A model generated the notes under the pieces. That model worked only from the letters and a program-made list of their open reading frames with translations, ran no database searches and was not told the origin of the DNA. Below are positions 1 through 7,546 of a DNA stretch of 24,062 nucleotides, piece after piece. Every line of letters starts with the position of its first letter. Position 1 is the stretch's first letter. The position numbers were made by a program, and so were the translations under genes. Source of the stretch: a virus (lineage: Duplodnaviria; Caudoviricetes); IMG/VR virus record IMGVR_UViG_3300037467_000182, positions 1-24,062 of that record; one strand, 5' to 3'.

Positions 1-255
1 CGCATTGACGACGTTAACTTCGTGGCCCCGTTCGAGGGGCCGGTAGCGGTTGACATCATTGTCCAAGCCGCCCGCCCGAAAACGACGAAGCTCCCCCACC
101 CCAAGCCGGATGTCGACAACTACGCCAAGGGGGTCCTCGACGCCCTGACGCAGGACGGTCGCTTCTGGCTCGACGACAGCCAAGTCCAGACCCTCACCGT
201 GACCAAACGGTGGGCCGAGACCGTCGGCATCGCCGTCCAGATCAAGGAATTGTGA
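1..255 (+). CDS. rusA: RusA-family Holliday junction resolvase (5' truncated by window edge)
   Basis: Frame open from base 1 (RIDDVNFVAPFEGPVAV...). Carries the RusA signature KPDVDNYAKGVLDAL...DDSQV. TGA at 253-255. Confidence 0.85.
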   Translation, partial: RIDDVNFVAPFEGPVAVDIIVQAARPKTTKLPHPKPDVDNYAKGVLDALTQDGRFWLDDSQVQTLTVTKRWAETVGIAVQIKEL

Positions 256-692
256 ACTACAAACCTATCGCTCGCGTCGACTTCCTAGTCGTTCACTGTT
301 CGGCCACCCGCGAGGGCCATGAGTTTAACGCCGCCGACATCGACCGGATGCACCGGCAACGCGGCTTCAAGAAAATCGGCTACCACTACGTCATCAAGCT
401 CGACGGGACCGTCGAGAAGGGACGCCCCGACAGTGAGCCTGGAGCGCACGTCGAGGGGTACAACTCTCGCTCGCTCGGCATCTGCTACATCGGCGGGCTT
501 GAAGACCGGAACGGGGACATCCCGAAGGACACCCGCACCCCGGCTCAGATCGAGGCGCTGACCAAGCTGCTGAAGCAGCTCACGGTCAAGTACCCGAAGG
601 CTGAAGTCCTCGGACATCGCGACATCCCCGGCGTCCGCAAGGCGTGTCCGTGTTTCGACGTCCGCCCGTGGTGGCTCACCGCCAAGAAGTAA
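252..692 (+). CDS. N-acetylmuramoyl-L-alanine amidase (T7 gp3.5 lysozyme-like endolysin)
   Basis: VVHCSAT, IGYHYVI, GAHVEGYNSRSLGICYIGG, GHRD and KACPCFDV match T7 lysozyme/Amidase_2 Zn motifs. Start moved to GTG 252 (GTGA overlap with rusA stop, AAGGA upstream). Confidence 0.93.
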   Translation: MNYKPIARVDFLVVHCSATREGHEFNAADIDRMHRQRGFKKIGYHYVIKLDGTVEKGRPDSEPGAHVEGYNSRSLGICYIGGLEDRNGDIPKDTRTPAQIEALTKLLKQLTVKYPKAEVLGHRDIPGVRKACPCFDVRPWWLTAKK

Positions 693-711
693 CCCCCACA
701 AGGAGACCCGC

Positions 712-879
712 ATGAACGACCAGCGCACCCCGCTGCTCCGTCGCACGACGGCCATGACTGACGCGATGGTGAGCGCCTTCGAGCGCGCCGGCATCGACAC
801 CTCGGGGGCCACGCTCCCGGTCAAGACTGAGCCGACGTGGCGGGTCTCCCGCAGGGACAACAAGAGAGGCCGCCGTTGA
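712..879 (+). CDS. small basic hypothetical protein (55 aa), not in ORF track
   Basis: Strong SD AAGGAGA ending at 706, ATG 712, MNDQRTPLLRRTTAMTDAMVSAFERAGIDTSG...RRDNKRGRR. Its TGA overlaps the primase TTG (TTGA). Confidence 0.7.
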   Translation: MNDQRTPLLRRTTAMTDAMVSAFERAGIDTSGATLPVKTEPTWRVSRRDNKRGRR

Positions 880-2537
880 GCGACAGCGAAAGCCAGCTCC
901 TCCACCACGGCGAGTGCGAGTTCTGTGGCAGCAAGGATAACCGAGCGTTCTACGACGACGGCCATTCTTTCTGCTTCTCGTGCGACGAAGACGTGGCGTG
1001 GCAGCGCGGCACCTATGAGGGCGACGCCCCCGAAAGCAAACAGAAGCTCGACGCGGAGTTCGTCCGCGGGAGCATCGAGGCGATCCCCAAGCGCAAGCTC
1101 GACGAGCGCACCTGCGAGAAGTTCAACTACCGCGTCGGTGAGTTCAACGGCCGCAAGTGCCATATCGCCCCCTACTATGACGACACCGGCAAGGTCGTGG
1201 CGCAGCAGCTACGGCTCCCCGGCAAAGACTTCCCGATCCTCGGGGACATCAAGAAGGCTCTCCCTCTGTGGGGCCAGCACCTCTGCCGTGACGGCGGGCG
1301 GCTGCTCGTCATCACCGAGGGGCAGCTCGACGCGATGTCCGTCACCCAGGCGATGGGCCTCAACTACCCCGCAGTGTCCCTGCCGAACGGCGCTAAGTCC
1401 GCCAAGAAGGCAATCACTCGGGCGCTCCCGTTCCTGTCGAGGTTCGAGAAAATCGTCTTGTGCTTCGATATGGATGACGACGGACGCGCTGCCCTAGAGG
1501 ACGCGCTTCCGCTGCTCCCGTTCGGCAAGGCATTCGTCGCAGAGCTTCCTCTCAAAGACGCGAACGACATGGCGAAGGCAGGCCGCTCGAAGGAGCTAGT
1601 CGACGCCATTTGGGGCGCCCGCCGTTGGGTGCCTGACTGCCTGAACGAACTCGACGACGACCTCATCGAGGAGGCCATCGCGGACCCCGAGTGGGGCCTG
1701 CCGTGGCCGTGGCGCACCATGACGCAGAAGACCTACGGCATCCGCCGCTCGGCCGTCTACACGTGGGGCGCAGGCACAGGGTCCGGCAAGACCACGCTGA
1801 TGAAGCAGCTCGCCATGACGGCGGTGCGGCCTGACCTCGGCGAGGATCACTCGGACTTCCTGACCATGCCAGCTCCGCGTCCTGTGGCGACGATCCTCTA
1901 TGAGGAGCCGGTCAAGCAGACGATCAAGACGATCGGCGGCATGATTATAGGCAAGCGCGTCCACGTTCCCGGCGTGGAGTTCGACCGAGACGAGCTGCGA
2001 GCAGCAGTCGGCACCTTCCGCCACCTTCTCAAGTCCGTGTCACTCAAGGGCGCTCGGAACTGGGAGACGGTCCAGTCGACCATTCGCTACCTCTGCCTCG
2101 GCGAAGGCGTCCGTGACTTCATCGTTGATCCGATGACGGCGCTGACTGCCGGCGACGAGAACGAGCGCGTCAGCCTCGACGGCATCATGTCGGAAATGGC
2201 CGAGCTGGCCGAGGAGCTGGATGTCACCATCCACCTCGTGTTCCACCTCGCGACCCCTGACGGCAAGTCCCACGAGGACGGCGGCCGTGTCCAAGAGAAG
2301 CACTTCCGCGGTTCCCGCGCGGTCGCCTTCTGGTCCCACTACTTGATGGGCCTGGAGCGCGACAAGCAGGACCCCGACTGCCCCACCATAATCCGCGGTC
2401 TGAAGGACCGCCTCACCGGCGATGCCGTCGGTCCGTTCATCGCCCTCGCATACGACCGGGAGACCGGCCTGATGGTTGAGGTCGACATGCCGGAAGGCGA
2501 CGGGCCGTTCAAATCCGAAACGCAGGACGAACTCTAA
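876..2537 (+). CDS. DNA primase/helicase (T7 gp4-like)
   Basis: N-terminal Cys4 Zn domain CEFC...CFSC, TOPRIM ITEGQLDAMSV and FDMDDDG, Walker A GAGTGSGKTT, SF4 motifs HEDGG..FRGS and LKDRLTG. Probable TTG start at 876 with GAGAGG SD. Confidence 0.95.
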   Translation: MSDSESQLLHHGECEFCGSKDNRAFYDDGHSFCFSCDEDVAWQRGTYEGDAPESKQKLDAEFVRGSIEAIPKRKLDERTCEKFNYRVGEFNGRKCHIAPYYDDTGKVVAQQLRLPGKDFPILGDIKKALPLWGQHLCRDGGRLLVITEGQLDAMSVTQAMGLNYPAVSLPNGAKSAKKAITRALPFLSRFEKIVLCFDMDDDGRAALEDALPLLPFGKAFVAELPLKDANDMAKAGRSKELVDAIWGARRWVPDCLNELDDDLIEEAIADPEWGLPWPWRTMTQKTYGIRRSAVYTWGAGTGSGKTTLMKQLAMTAVRPDLGEDHSDFLTMPAPRPVATILYEEPVKQTIKTIGGMIIGKRVHVPGVEFDRDELRAAVGTFRHLLKSVSLKGARNWETVQSTIRYLCLGEGVRDFIVDPMTALTAGDENERVSLDGIMSEMAELAEELDVTIHLVFHLATPDGKSHEDGGRVQEKHFRGSRAVAFWSHYLMGLERDKQDPDCPTIIRGLKDRLTGDAVGPFIALAYDRETGLMVEVDMPEGDGPFKSETQDEL

Positions 2538-3037
2538 TGGCTCACTACGACTGTAGCTGCTGCGGCGAGAGCATGGGTATCTCCCACGCTCACTGTCCTG
2601 AATGTCAGGCCGGACGCTGCCACCGAAACGCGGTCCCGGTCCCACCCCCGGCCCCCGAGGTCGAGGACGACGGCTTCGTGACCGTCCACGCCTCGCCTCC
2701 GATCATGCTCCCGCAGGGCGACGCGGAGCGCCTGGACTTCCCCATGTTCGACGGCCTGATGGCCTACTTCCCGAACGCTCTGGCGGAGGTCGCTCGCGTC
2801 TCGAAGCTCGGTAACGACCAGCACAATCCCGGCGAACCCATGCACTGGGCGCGGGACAAGTCGACCGACCATGAGAACAAGATCATGCGGCACCTCGCCG
2901 ACGTCGGAACCGTGGACCCGAAGGGGGTCCTCCACTCCGTCCGCCTCGCATGGCGGGCGCTCGCCCTCGCCCAAGAGGAAATCGAACGCCGCAACGGCCT
3001 CCCGCCGTCGCGCGCCTCCCGTAACCGCACCTTCTAG
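2537..3037 (+). CDS. putative dATP/dGTP diphosphohydrolase-domain (DUF5664-like) protein with Cys-rich N-terminus
   Basis: FPNALAEVARVSKLGNDQHNPGEPMHW...IMRHL...DPKGVLHSVRLAWRALA resembles this family pattern. N-terminal CSCC...CPEC. TAATG coupling to helicase. Confidence 0.65.
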   Translation: MAHYDCSCCGESMGISHAHCPECQAGRCHRNAVPVPPPAPEVEDDGFVTVHASPPIMLPQGDAERLDFPMFDGLMAYFPNALAEVARVSKLGNDQHNPGEPMHWARDKSTDHENKIMRHLADVGTVDPKGVLHSVRLAWRALALAQEEIERRNGLPPSRASRNRTF

Positions 3038-3047
3038 GAGCACCCGA

Positions 3048-3362
3048 ATGAACCTGAAGATCATCCGCCTGCGCGCCATGCAGGTCCTCGCCGACGTCCT
3101 CGGCTTCTTCGACCGTGGCGTCGACGGCGCCATCGATGCGTTCACCCGCGCTGACCGTCAGCTCGACGCCGTGAAGGCCAAGCTGGACGCTAAAATGTCC
3201 CGCGAGTTCGACTTGCAGGCAGCCAGCTACGATCGCCAGCAAGAGATCGCCGCCGCTGAGGAGGCTCGTCGCCTTGCGAGCTACGACCGCGTCACCTCGC
3301 TGTACGACAGCCGCCAGCGCGCCGCTTCCATCCAGCGCCGCATAGCGGAACTGCTGAAGTAA
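3048..3362 (+). CDS. hypothetical alpha-helical/coiled-coil protein (104 aa)
   Basis: SD AGGAG 3036-3040, ATG 3048 (MNLKIIRLRAMQ...). Ala/Arg/Gln-rich, helical-looking sequence. Confidence 0.75.
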   Translation: MNLKIIRLRAMQVLADVLGFFDRGVDGAIDAFTRADRQLDAVKAKLDAKMSREFDLQAASYDRQQEIAAAEEARRLASYDRVTSLYDSRQRAASIQRRIAELLK

Positions 3363-3544
3363 TGCTGGCCGTCCAGATTGGCGCCACCATGTGCGTGTTC
3401 GCCGCCACGGGCCACCTAGTGTGTTCGACGGTGGACAACGCCATCGGCGAGAGCACCCCGCTGACGTCGACCGTCGGTCTGTCGAGTGTTGCCATCGGCA
3501 TCCTCGGTATCGTGATCGCCGCTCTCGGCATCATCTGGAGCTAA
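3362..3544 (+). CDS. small membrane protein (60 aa)
   Basis: TAATG coupling. Hydrophobic N-terminus and C-terminal TM-like segment VGLSSVAIGILGIVIAALGIIW. Confidence 0.6.
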   Translation: MLAVQIGATMCVFAATGHLVCSTVDNAIGESTPLTSTVGLSSVAIGILGIVIAALGIIWS

Positions 3545-3558
3545 ACCAATCGTAGACC

Positions 3559-3715
3559 GGGGTGCGATCCGGCTGACCTGTGGAACGGGGCCACCCACAG
3601 TGAGAGTGACAAAACGCCCCTGACCTAATCATCCCCGCCGTGGCCCACAAACGAGCCGCGGATAACGGAGGGGAAAGCGCCCGTTCGGAGCGCCGGGTCC
3701 CTCCACCTTCCCGCG
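3559..3715 (+). promoter_or_regulatory. structured intergenic leader upstream of DNA polymerase
   Basis: Complementary segments GGGGTG/CGCCCC, CTGTGG/CCACAG, CGCGG/CCGCG and GGAGGGG/TCCCTCC, ending just before SD AGGAG. Confidence 0.45.
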
Positions 3716-3726
3716 CAGGAGCCTCA

Positions 3727-5715
3727 ATGAAAATCTTTGACGTGGAGACCGACGGTCTCCTCGACGAGCTGACGCGCGTCCACACGATGCACGTCCTCGA
3801 TAACGAGACCGGCGAGCGCCTGCGGTTCAACGATGGCAAGTTCGCCGACGGATCACCGGCGCCCCGCGACGGCTCGATCAGCGACGGCCTCATCATGCTC
3901 ATGGAGCAGGACGAGGTCTGCGGCCACAACATCATCAACTTCGACATCCCGGCCATCACGAAGGTCTACCCGTGGTTCCGCCTGAAGCTGAGCTGCGTCG
4001 CGCACGACACCATGCTCTACGCGCAGATGATTTGGCCGAACATCAAGCAGATCGACCAAGCTGCGGTTAAGACCCGGAAGCGTCCGGACGACTTCGGCAA
4101 GCGTGGCCTCATTGGTCGCCACTCGCTGGAGGCATGGGGCGTTCGCCTCGGTGTCCTGAAGCTCGACTACGACGGGCCGTGGGGCGCCTTCACCCAGGAG
4201 ATGGAGACCTACGCCGCACAAGACCCGGTCACGACGAAGGCCCTGTGGGACAAGTGCGTCGAGAAGAACTTCGGCGGCAACTCCGAAGAGAGCTTCCGAC
4301 TGGAGCACGACGTCGCCCGCATCATCGGCTTGCAGGAGAGGTTCGGCTTTGCCTTCAACCTCGCCGAGGCTGAGAAGCTGGAAGGCGTTCTCCGCGCCCG
4401 CCGCGCCGAGCTGTATGACAAGCTCACCGAGACCTTCGGGTGTTGGTACGAGCCGGAGCGAAAGTTCGGCAAGGCCGTCGAGTTCACGCCCAAGCGGAAC
4501 GATCGCAGCCGAGGCTACACTGCCGGCGACACCTTCACGAAGGTCAAGCTCGTCAGCTTCAACCCCGGCAGCCGCAAGCAAATCGCATCCCGACTGATTA
4601 AGCTCTACGGGTGGATACCCGTCGAGTTCACCGACAAGGGTGCGCCGAAGGTCGACGAAACCACGCTCGACCAGCTCGACCACATTCCCGCCGCGAAGCT
4701 GCTGATCGACTTCCTGACCGTTGAGAAGCGGCTCGGGCAGTTGGCCGATGGCGACAACGCATGGATCAAGAAGGTCCGCGCTGACGGCCGCATTCACGGC
4801 CGCGTCTCAACGCTAGGCGCCATCACCCGGCGCATGACGCACTGGGACCCGAACATGGCTCAGTGTCCCTCGCTTATCAACGCGAAGGGAGTGGTGCCTT
4901 ACGGCCGCGAGTGCCGGTCCCTGTTCATCGTCTCGAAGGGCAACCTCCTCTGCGGCTGCGACGCCGAAGGCTTAGAGCTGCGGATGCTCGCCCACTACAT
5001 GGCGAAGTTCGACAGCGGTTCCTACGGCGATACGGTCGTCAACGGGAAGAAGGAGGACGGCACCGACGTCCACACGGTCAATCAACACCTGATTGGCCTG
5101 AACTCCCGAAACTCCGCGAAGACGTGGATATACGCCTACCTCTACGGCGCTGGCCTGCTGAAGCTCGGCATGGTCATCTACGAGGACTTCGGCGGCAACC
5201 GGCGCGAAGCGTTCAACGCCAAGCACGAGGCCGGACCTGCCCGCGAGAAGGCAATCGCGCGCCTCGGCAAGAAGGCCAAGGAGAACGTCGAGGCGGGACT
5301 GCCCGCCCTCGGCAAGCTCCAAGAGCTGGTCAAGAAGCTGGCCGCACGAGGCTACCTGAAGACCCTCGACGGCGGACTGCTCAAGGTCCGCTCGGCGCAC
5401 TCGGCGCTCAACACGCTGCTGCAAGGCGGCGGCGCCATCGTGATGAAGAAGGCCCTAGTGATCCTGTTCGAGCGACTGCTCGCGGCAGGGTGGGAGCCTG
5501 ACCTTGTCACCGGCGAGCTGCGTCGCGGCAACGACGTGATCGGCTTCGTGGCGAACATCCACGACGAGTTCCAGATGGAGGTCCCTGAACACCTCGCCGA
5601 AGAGATCGGCGGGATGGGCAAGGATGCCATTCGGGATGCCGGCGTCGCCTTCAACCTACGCTGCCCTCTCGCAGGGTCCTTCGACAAGGGCCTGAACTGG
5701 GCTGACAGTCACTAG
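3727..5715 (+). CDS. DNA polymerase, family A (T7 gp5-like)
   Basis: ExoI FDVETDGL, ExoII GHNIINFDIPAI, ExoIII YAAQD, motif A DAEGLELR, motif B RNSAKTWIYAYLYGAG, motif C IHDEFQ. Start ATG 3727 with SD AGGAG 3717-3721. Confidence 0.97.
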   Translation: MKIFDVETDGLLDELTRVHTMHVLDNETGERLRFNDGKFADGSPAPRDGSISDGLIMLMEQDEVCGHNIINFDIPAITKVYPWFRLKLSCVAHDTMLYAQMIWPNIKQIDQAAVKTRKRPDDFGKRGLIGRHSLEAWGVRLGVLKLDYDGPWGAFTQEMETYAAQDPVTTKALWDKCVEKNFGGNSEESFRLEHDVARIIGLQERFGFAFNLAEAEKLEGVLRARRAELYDKLTETFGCWYEPERKFGKAVEFTPKRNDRSRGYTAGDTFTKVKLVSFNPGSRKQIASRLIKLYGWIPVEFTDKGAPKVDETTLDQLDHIPAAKLLIDFLTVEKRLGQLADGDNAWIKKVRADGRIHGRVSTLGAITRRMTHWDPNMAQCPSLINAKGVVPYGRECRSLFIVSKGNLLCGCDAEGLELRMLAHYMAKFDSGSYGDTVVNGKKEDGTDVHTVNQHLIGLNSRNSAKTWIYAYLYGAGLLKLGMVIYEDFGGNRREAFNAKHEAGPAREKAIARLGKKAKENVEAGLPALGKLQELVKKLAARGYLKTLDGGLLKVRSAHSALNTLLQGGGAIVMKKALVILFERLLAAGWEPDLVTGELRRGNDVIGFVANIHDEFQMEVPEHLAEEIGGMGKDAIRDAGVAFNLRCPLAGSFDKGLNWADSH

Positions 5716-5735
5716 TTCCACTTGGGAGAAATCCT

Positions 5736-6455
5736 ATCAACACGCCTAAACCCCGCATCCTGGTCCTCGACATCGAGACCAAGCCCACTCAAGCCTACGT
5801 GTGGCGGATGTTCGACGAGAACGTGGCGGCTGACCAGATTATCGCCCCCGGTGGTACTATCTGCGTCGGCGCGAAGTTCCTCGGAAAGCCTAAGGTCCAC
5901 ATGCTGTCCGACTGGAAGCATGGGCACGAGGGAATGCTTGAGGAGACCCACGCGCTCCTCTCGGAAGCCGACGCGGTCGTCACCTATAACGGCGACAAGT
6001 TCGACCTCCCGAACCTGCGCGGCGAGTTTGCCCTCGCAGGCATGTCGCTGCCCCCGCTGGTCCCGAGCATCGACGTCTACAAGACGGCTCGCGGCCTGCG
6101 CCTCGGCATTCACAAGCTCGGCTATGTCGGCACCCGTTTCGGGGTTGGCGCCAAGCTGACGCACGAGGGGTTCAACCTCTGGAAGTCCGTGATGAACGGC
6201 GACCCCAAGGCTCAGAAGCGCATGGAGCGCTACTGCGCTCAGGACGTCCGGCTGCTCGAAGGTCTCTACCTCCGGCTGCTTCCGTACATCCGCAATCACC
6301 CGCACCTGAACAACCAAGGCCGCGGCGCCTGCCCGAGCTGCGGCTCGATGCAGGTCCAGAGCAAGGGATCGCGCCGCACCCGCGCGTTCAAAATCCAGCG
6401 CCTCCACTGCCAGAACTGCGGCAGTTGGCACGACGGAACGAGGACCAAAATATGA
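5736..6455 (+). CDS. DEDD/RNase H-like 3'-5' exonuclease (YprB/RNase_H_2-like) with C-terminal Zn ribbon; probable ATC start
   Basis: In-frame upstream extension RILVLDIET (ExoI), VVTYNGDKFDLP (ExoII), YCAQDV (ExoIII), CPSCGS...CQNCG. SD GGGAGA 5724-5729. Confidence 0.85.
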   Translation: MNTPKPRILVLDIETKPTQAYVWRMFDENVAADQIIAPGGTICVGAKFLGKPKVHMLSDWKHGHEGMLEETHALLSEADAVVTYNGDKFDLPNLRGEFALAGMSLPPLVPSIDVYKTARGLRLGIHKLGYVGTRFGVGAKLTHEGFNLWKSVMNGDPKAQKRMERYCAQDVRLLEGLYLRLLPYIRNHPHLNNQGRGACPSCGSMQVQSKGSRRTRAFKIQRLHCQNCGSWHDGTRTKI

Positions 6456-6697
6456 GCCACTTCCTCGGCGACCTGTTCAAGGGCGTCGGCAACAAGGGAT
6501 GGGAACTCGCCCGCGTAAGCTGCGGGTGGGCCATTCTGTCCACCTCAGCCCTCGCCGGCTTCAAGCTGTTCCAAGGGCAGCCCCTCGCCATGAACGACTA
6601 CGCCGACGCGATGATGAAGGTCTTCGCCGGCAGTGCCCTGTTCATCGGAGCGAAGGACGTCGCGAAGGCCCACGCAGATAGCAAGGCTTCCACATGA
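6452..6697 (+). CDS. putative holin / small membrane protein
   Basis: ATGA overlap and AGGA SD. 81 aa with two moderately hydrophobic segments, directly upstream of the i-spanin. Function inferred mainly from position. Confidence 0.45.
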   Translation: MSHFLGDLFKGVGNKGWELARVSCGWAILSTSALAGFKLFQGQPLAMNDYADAMMKVFAGSALFIGAKDVAKAHADSKAST

Positions 6698-7113
6698 ACC
6701 TCCCGATCCTCCCACCGTGGGCCTCAGTGACCCTGAAGTTCGCCCCGTATGTCGCCATCGCGATCCTCGCCGGCCTCCTCTTCCTGTCACACGGGAAGGT
6801 GGAGAGCCTCGAAGCGAAGGTCTCGGCCCGCGACACGCAGGTCTCGGCACTGATCGAGGCGCGCGACTTCTTCAAGACGGCCGTCGACCAACGCGACACG
6901 CTCATCAACAGGCAGAACTCCAGCATCGACGCCCTGGCGCAAGCCTCGGTGGCCGACCGCACAGTCTACCTGAAGGGCCTCGAAGCGGCCCGCGTGGTCT
7001 CCGCCGACAACATGAAGGTGTCGACCAACCTGCTCGCGCTGAAGGCCCCCGACGGGGAGCTGGAGCAGTGTCGTGCAGCCCGTGACCTCTTGGAGCAGGA
7101 GCTTGTGAACTGA
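6694..7113 (+). CDS. putative i-spanin (Rz-like)
   Basis: Single N-terminal TM (YVAIAILAGLLFL), long heptad-like periplasmic region, C-terminal Cys. Confidence 0.65.
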   Translation: MNLPILPPWASVTLKFAPYVAIAILAGLLFLSHGKVESLEAKVSARDTQVSALIEARDFFKTAVDQRDTLINRQNSSIDALAQASVADRTVYLKGLEAARVVSADNMKVSTNLLALKAPDGELEQCRAARDLLEQELVN

Positions 7114-7217
7114 TGAAAGGCTGCGCTCTGATGCTGCTGTTCGCGGCTGTTGTCGTGGGAAGCATCGCCTACGAAGTCGTTAAGTTCGCCGCTTGGTGTC
7201 GAGTGGCGTTCGGATGA
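7113..7217 (+). CDS. 34-aa single-TM peptide, not in ORF track
   Basis: TGATG overlap upstream and ATGA overlap downstream. MKGCALMLLFAAVVVGSIAYEVVKFAAWCRVAFG. Confidence 0.6.
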   Translation: MKGCALMLLFAAVVVGSIAYEVVKFAAWCRVAFG

Positions 7218-7546
7218 CCCCCGCCCAAGCCATGCTCGCAGGGCGCCTCGCGATGCTCCGGAAGGACGTCGAAGAGGCCGCCCTGTCGCGGGCCACGGCC
7301 CGTATCATCTACCGCACCCCTCAAGGGGATCGCACCGTCTACCTCGACGCGCCCACCACCATTGCGGCGCTCGACGCAGCCCACCTGTCGCTCTCCGACC
7401 GGCTGCTCAAGCTAGGAGTTTCCGAACATGAGCATATCGCTCTCCCTGCGCCCGACCCCCGAGGCGCAGCTTCTCCTGATCGTTCTAGTGGTCGTGGCGT
7501 TCCTCGGCCTGACCGCCTGCCAAGGCCGCCCAAAGAGCCATCCTGA
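7214..7546 (+). CDS. hypothetical protein
   Basis: ATG 7214 coupled to the previous stop (MTPAQAMLAGRL...). The last ~40 codons overlap the o-spanin in another frame. Confidence 0.55.
   Translation: MTPAQAMLAGRLAMLRKDVEEAALSRATARIIYRTPQGDRTVYLDAPTTIAALDAAHLSLSDRLLKLGVSEHEHIALPAPDPRGAASPDRSSGRGVPRPDRLPRPPKEPS

Noticed and set aside
990-1100. Internal gp4B-type helicase start
   Set aside because: No convincing SD plus start codon after the Zn-binding domain.
3559-3650. Pistol, hammerhead, HDV ribozyme or cobalamin/ZTP riboswitch
   Set aside because: Only fragmentary resemblance; the conserved core nucleotides of each class were not found.
3667-3707. tRNA gene
   Set aside because: No D or anticodon arms, and the T-loop is the wrong size. 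Kept only as a minihelix-like hairpin.
3640-3726. GTG 3640 N-terminal extension of the polymerase
   Set aside because: No SD at 3640. ATG 3727 has AGGAG and homology begins at MKIFDVETDG.
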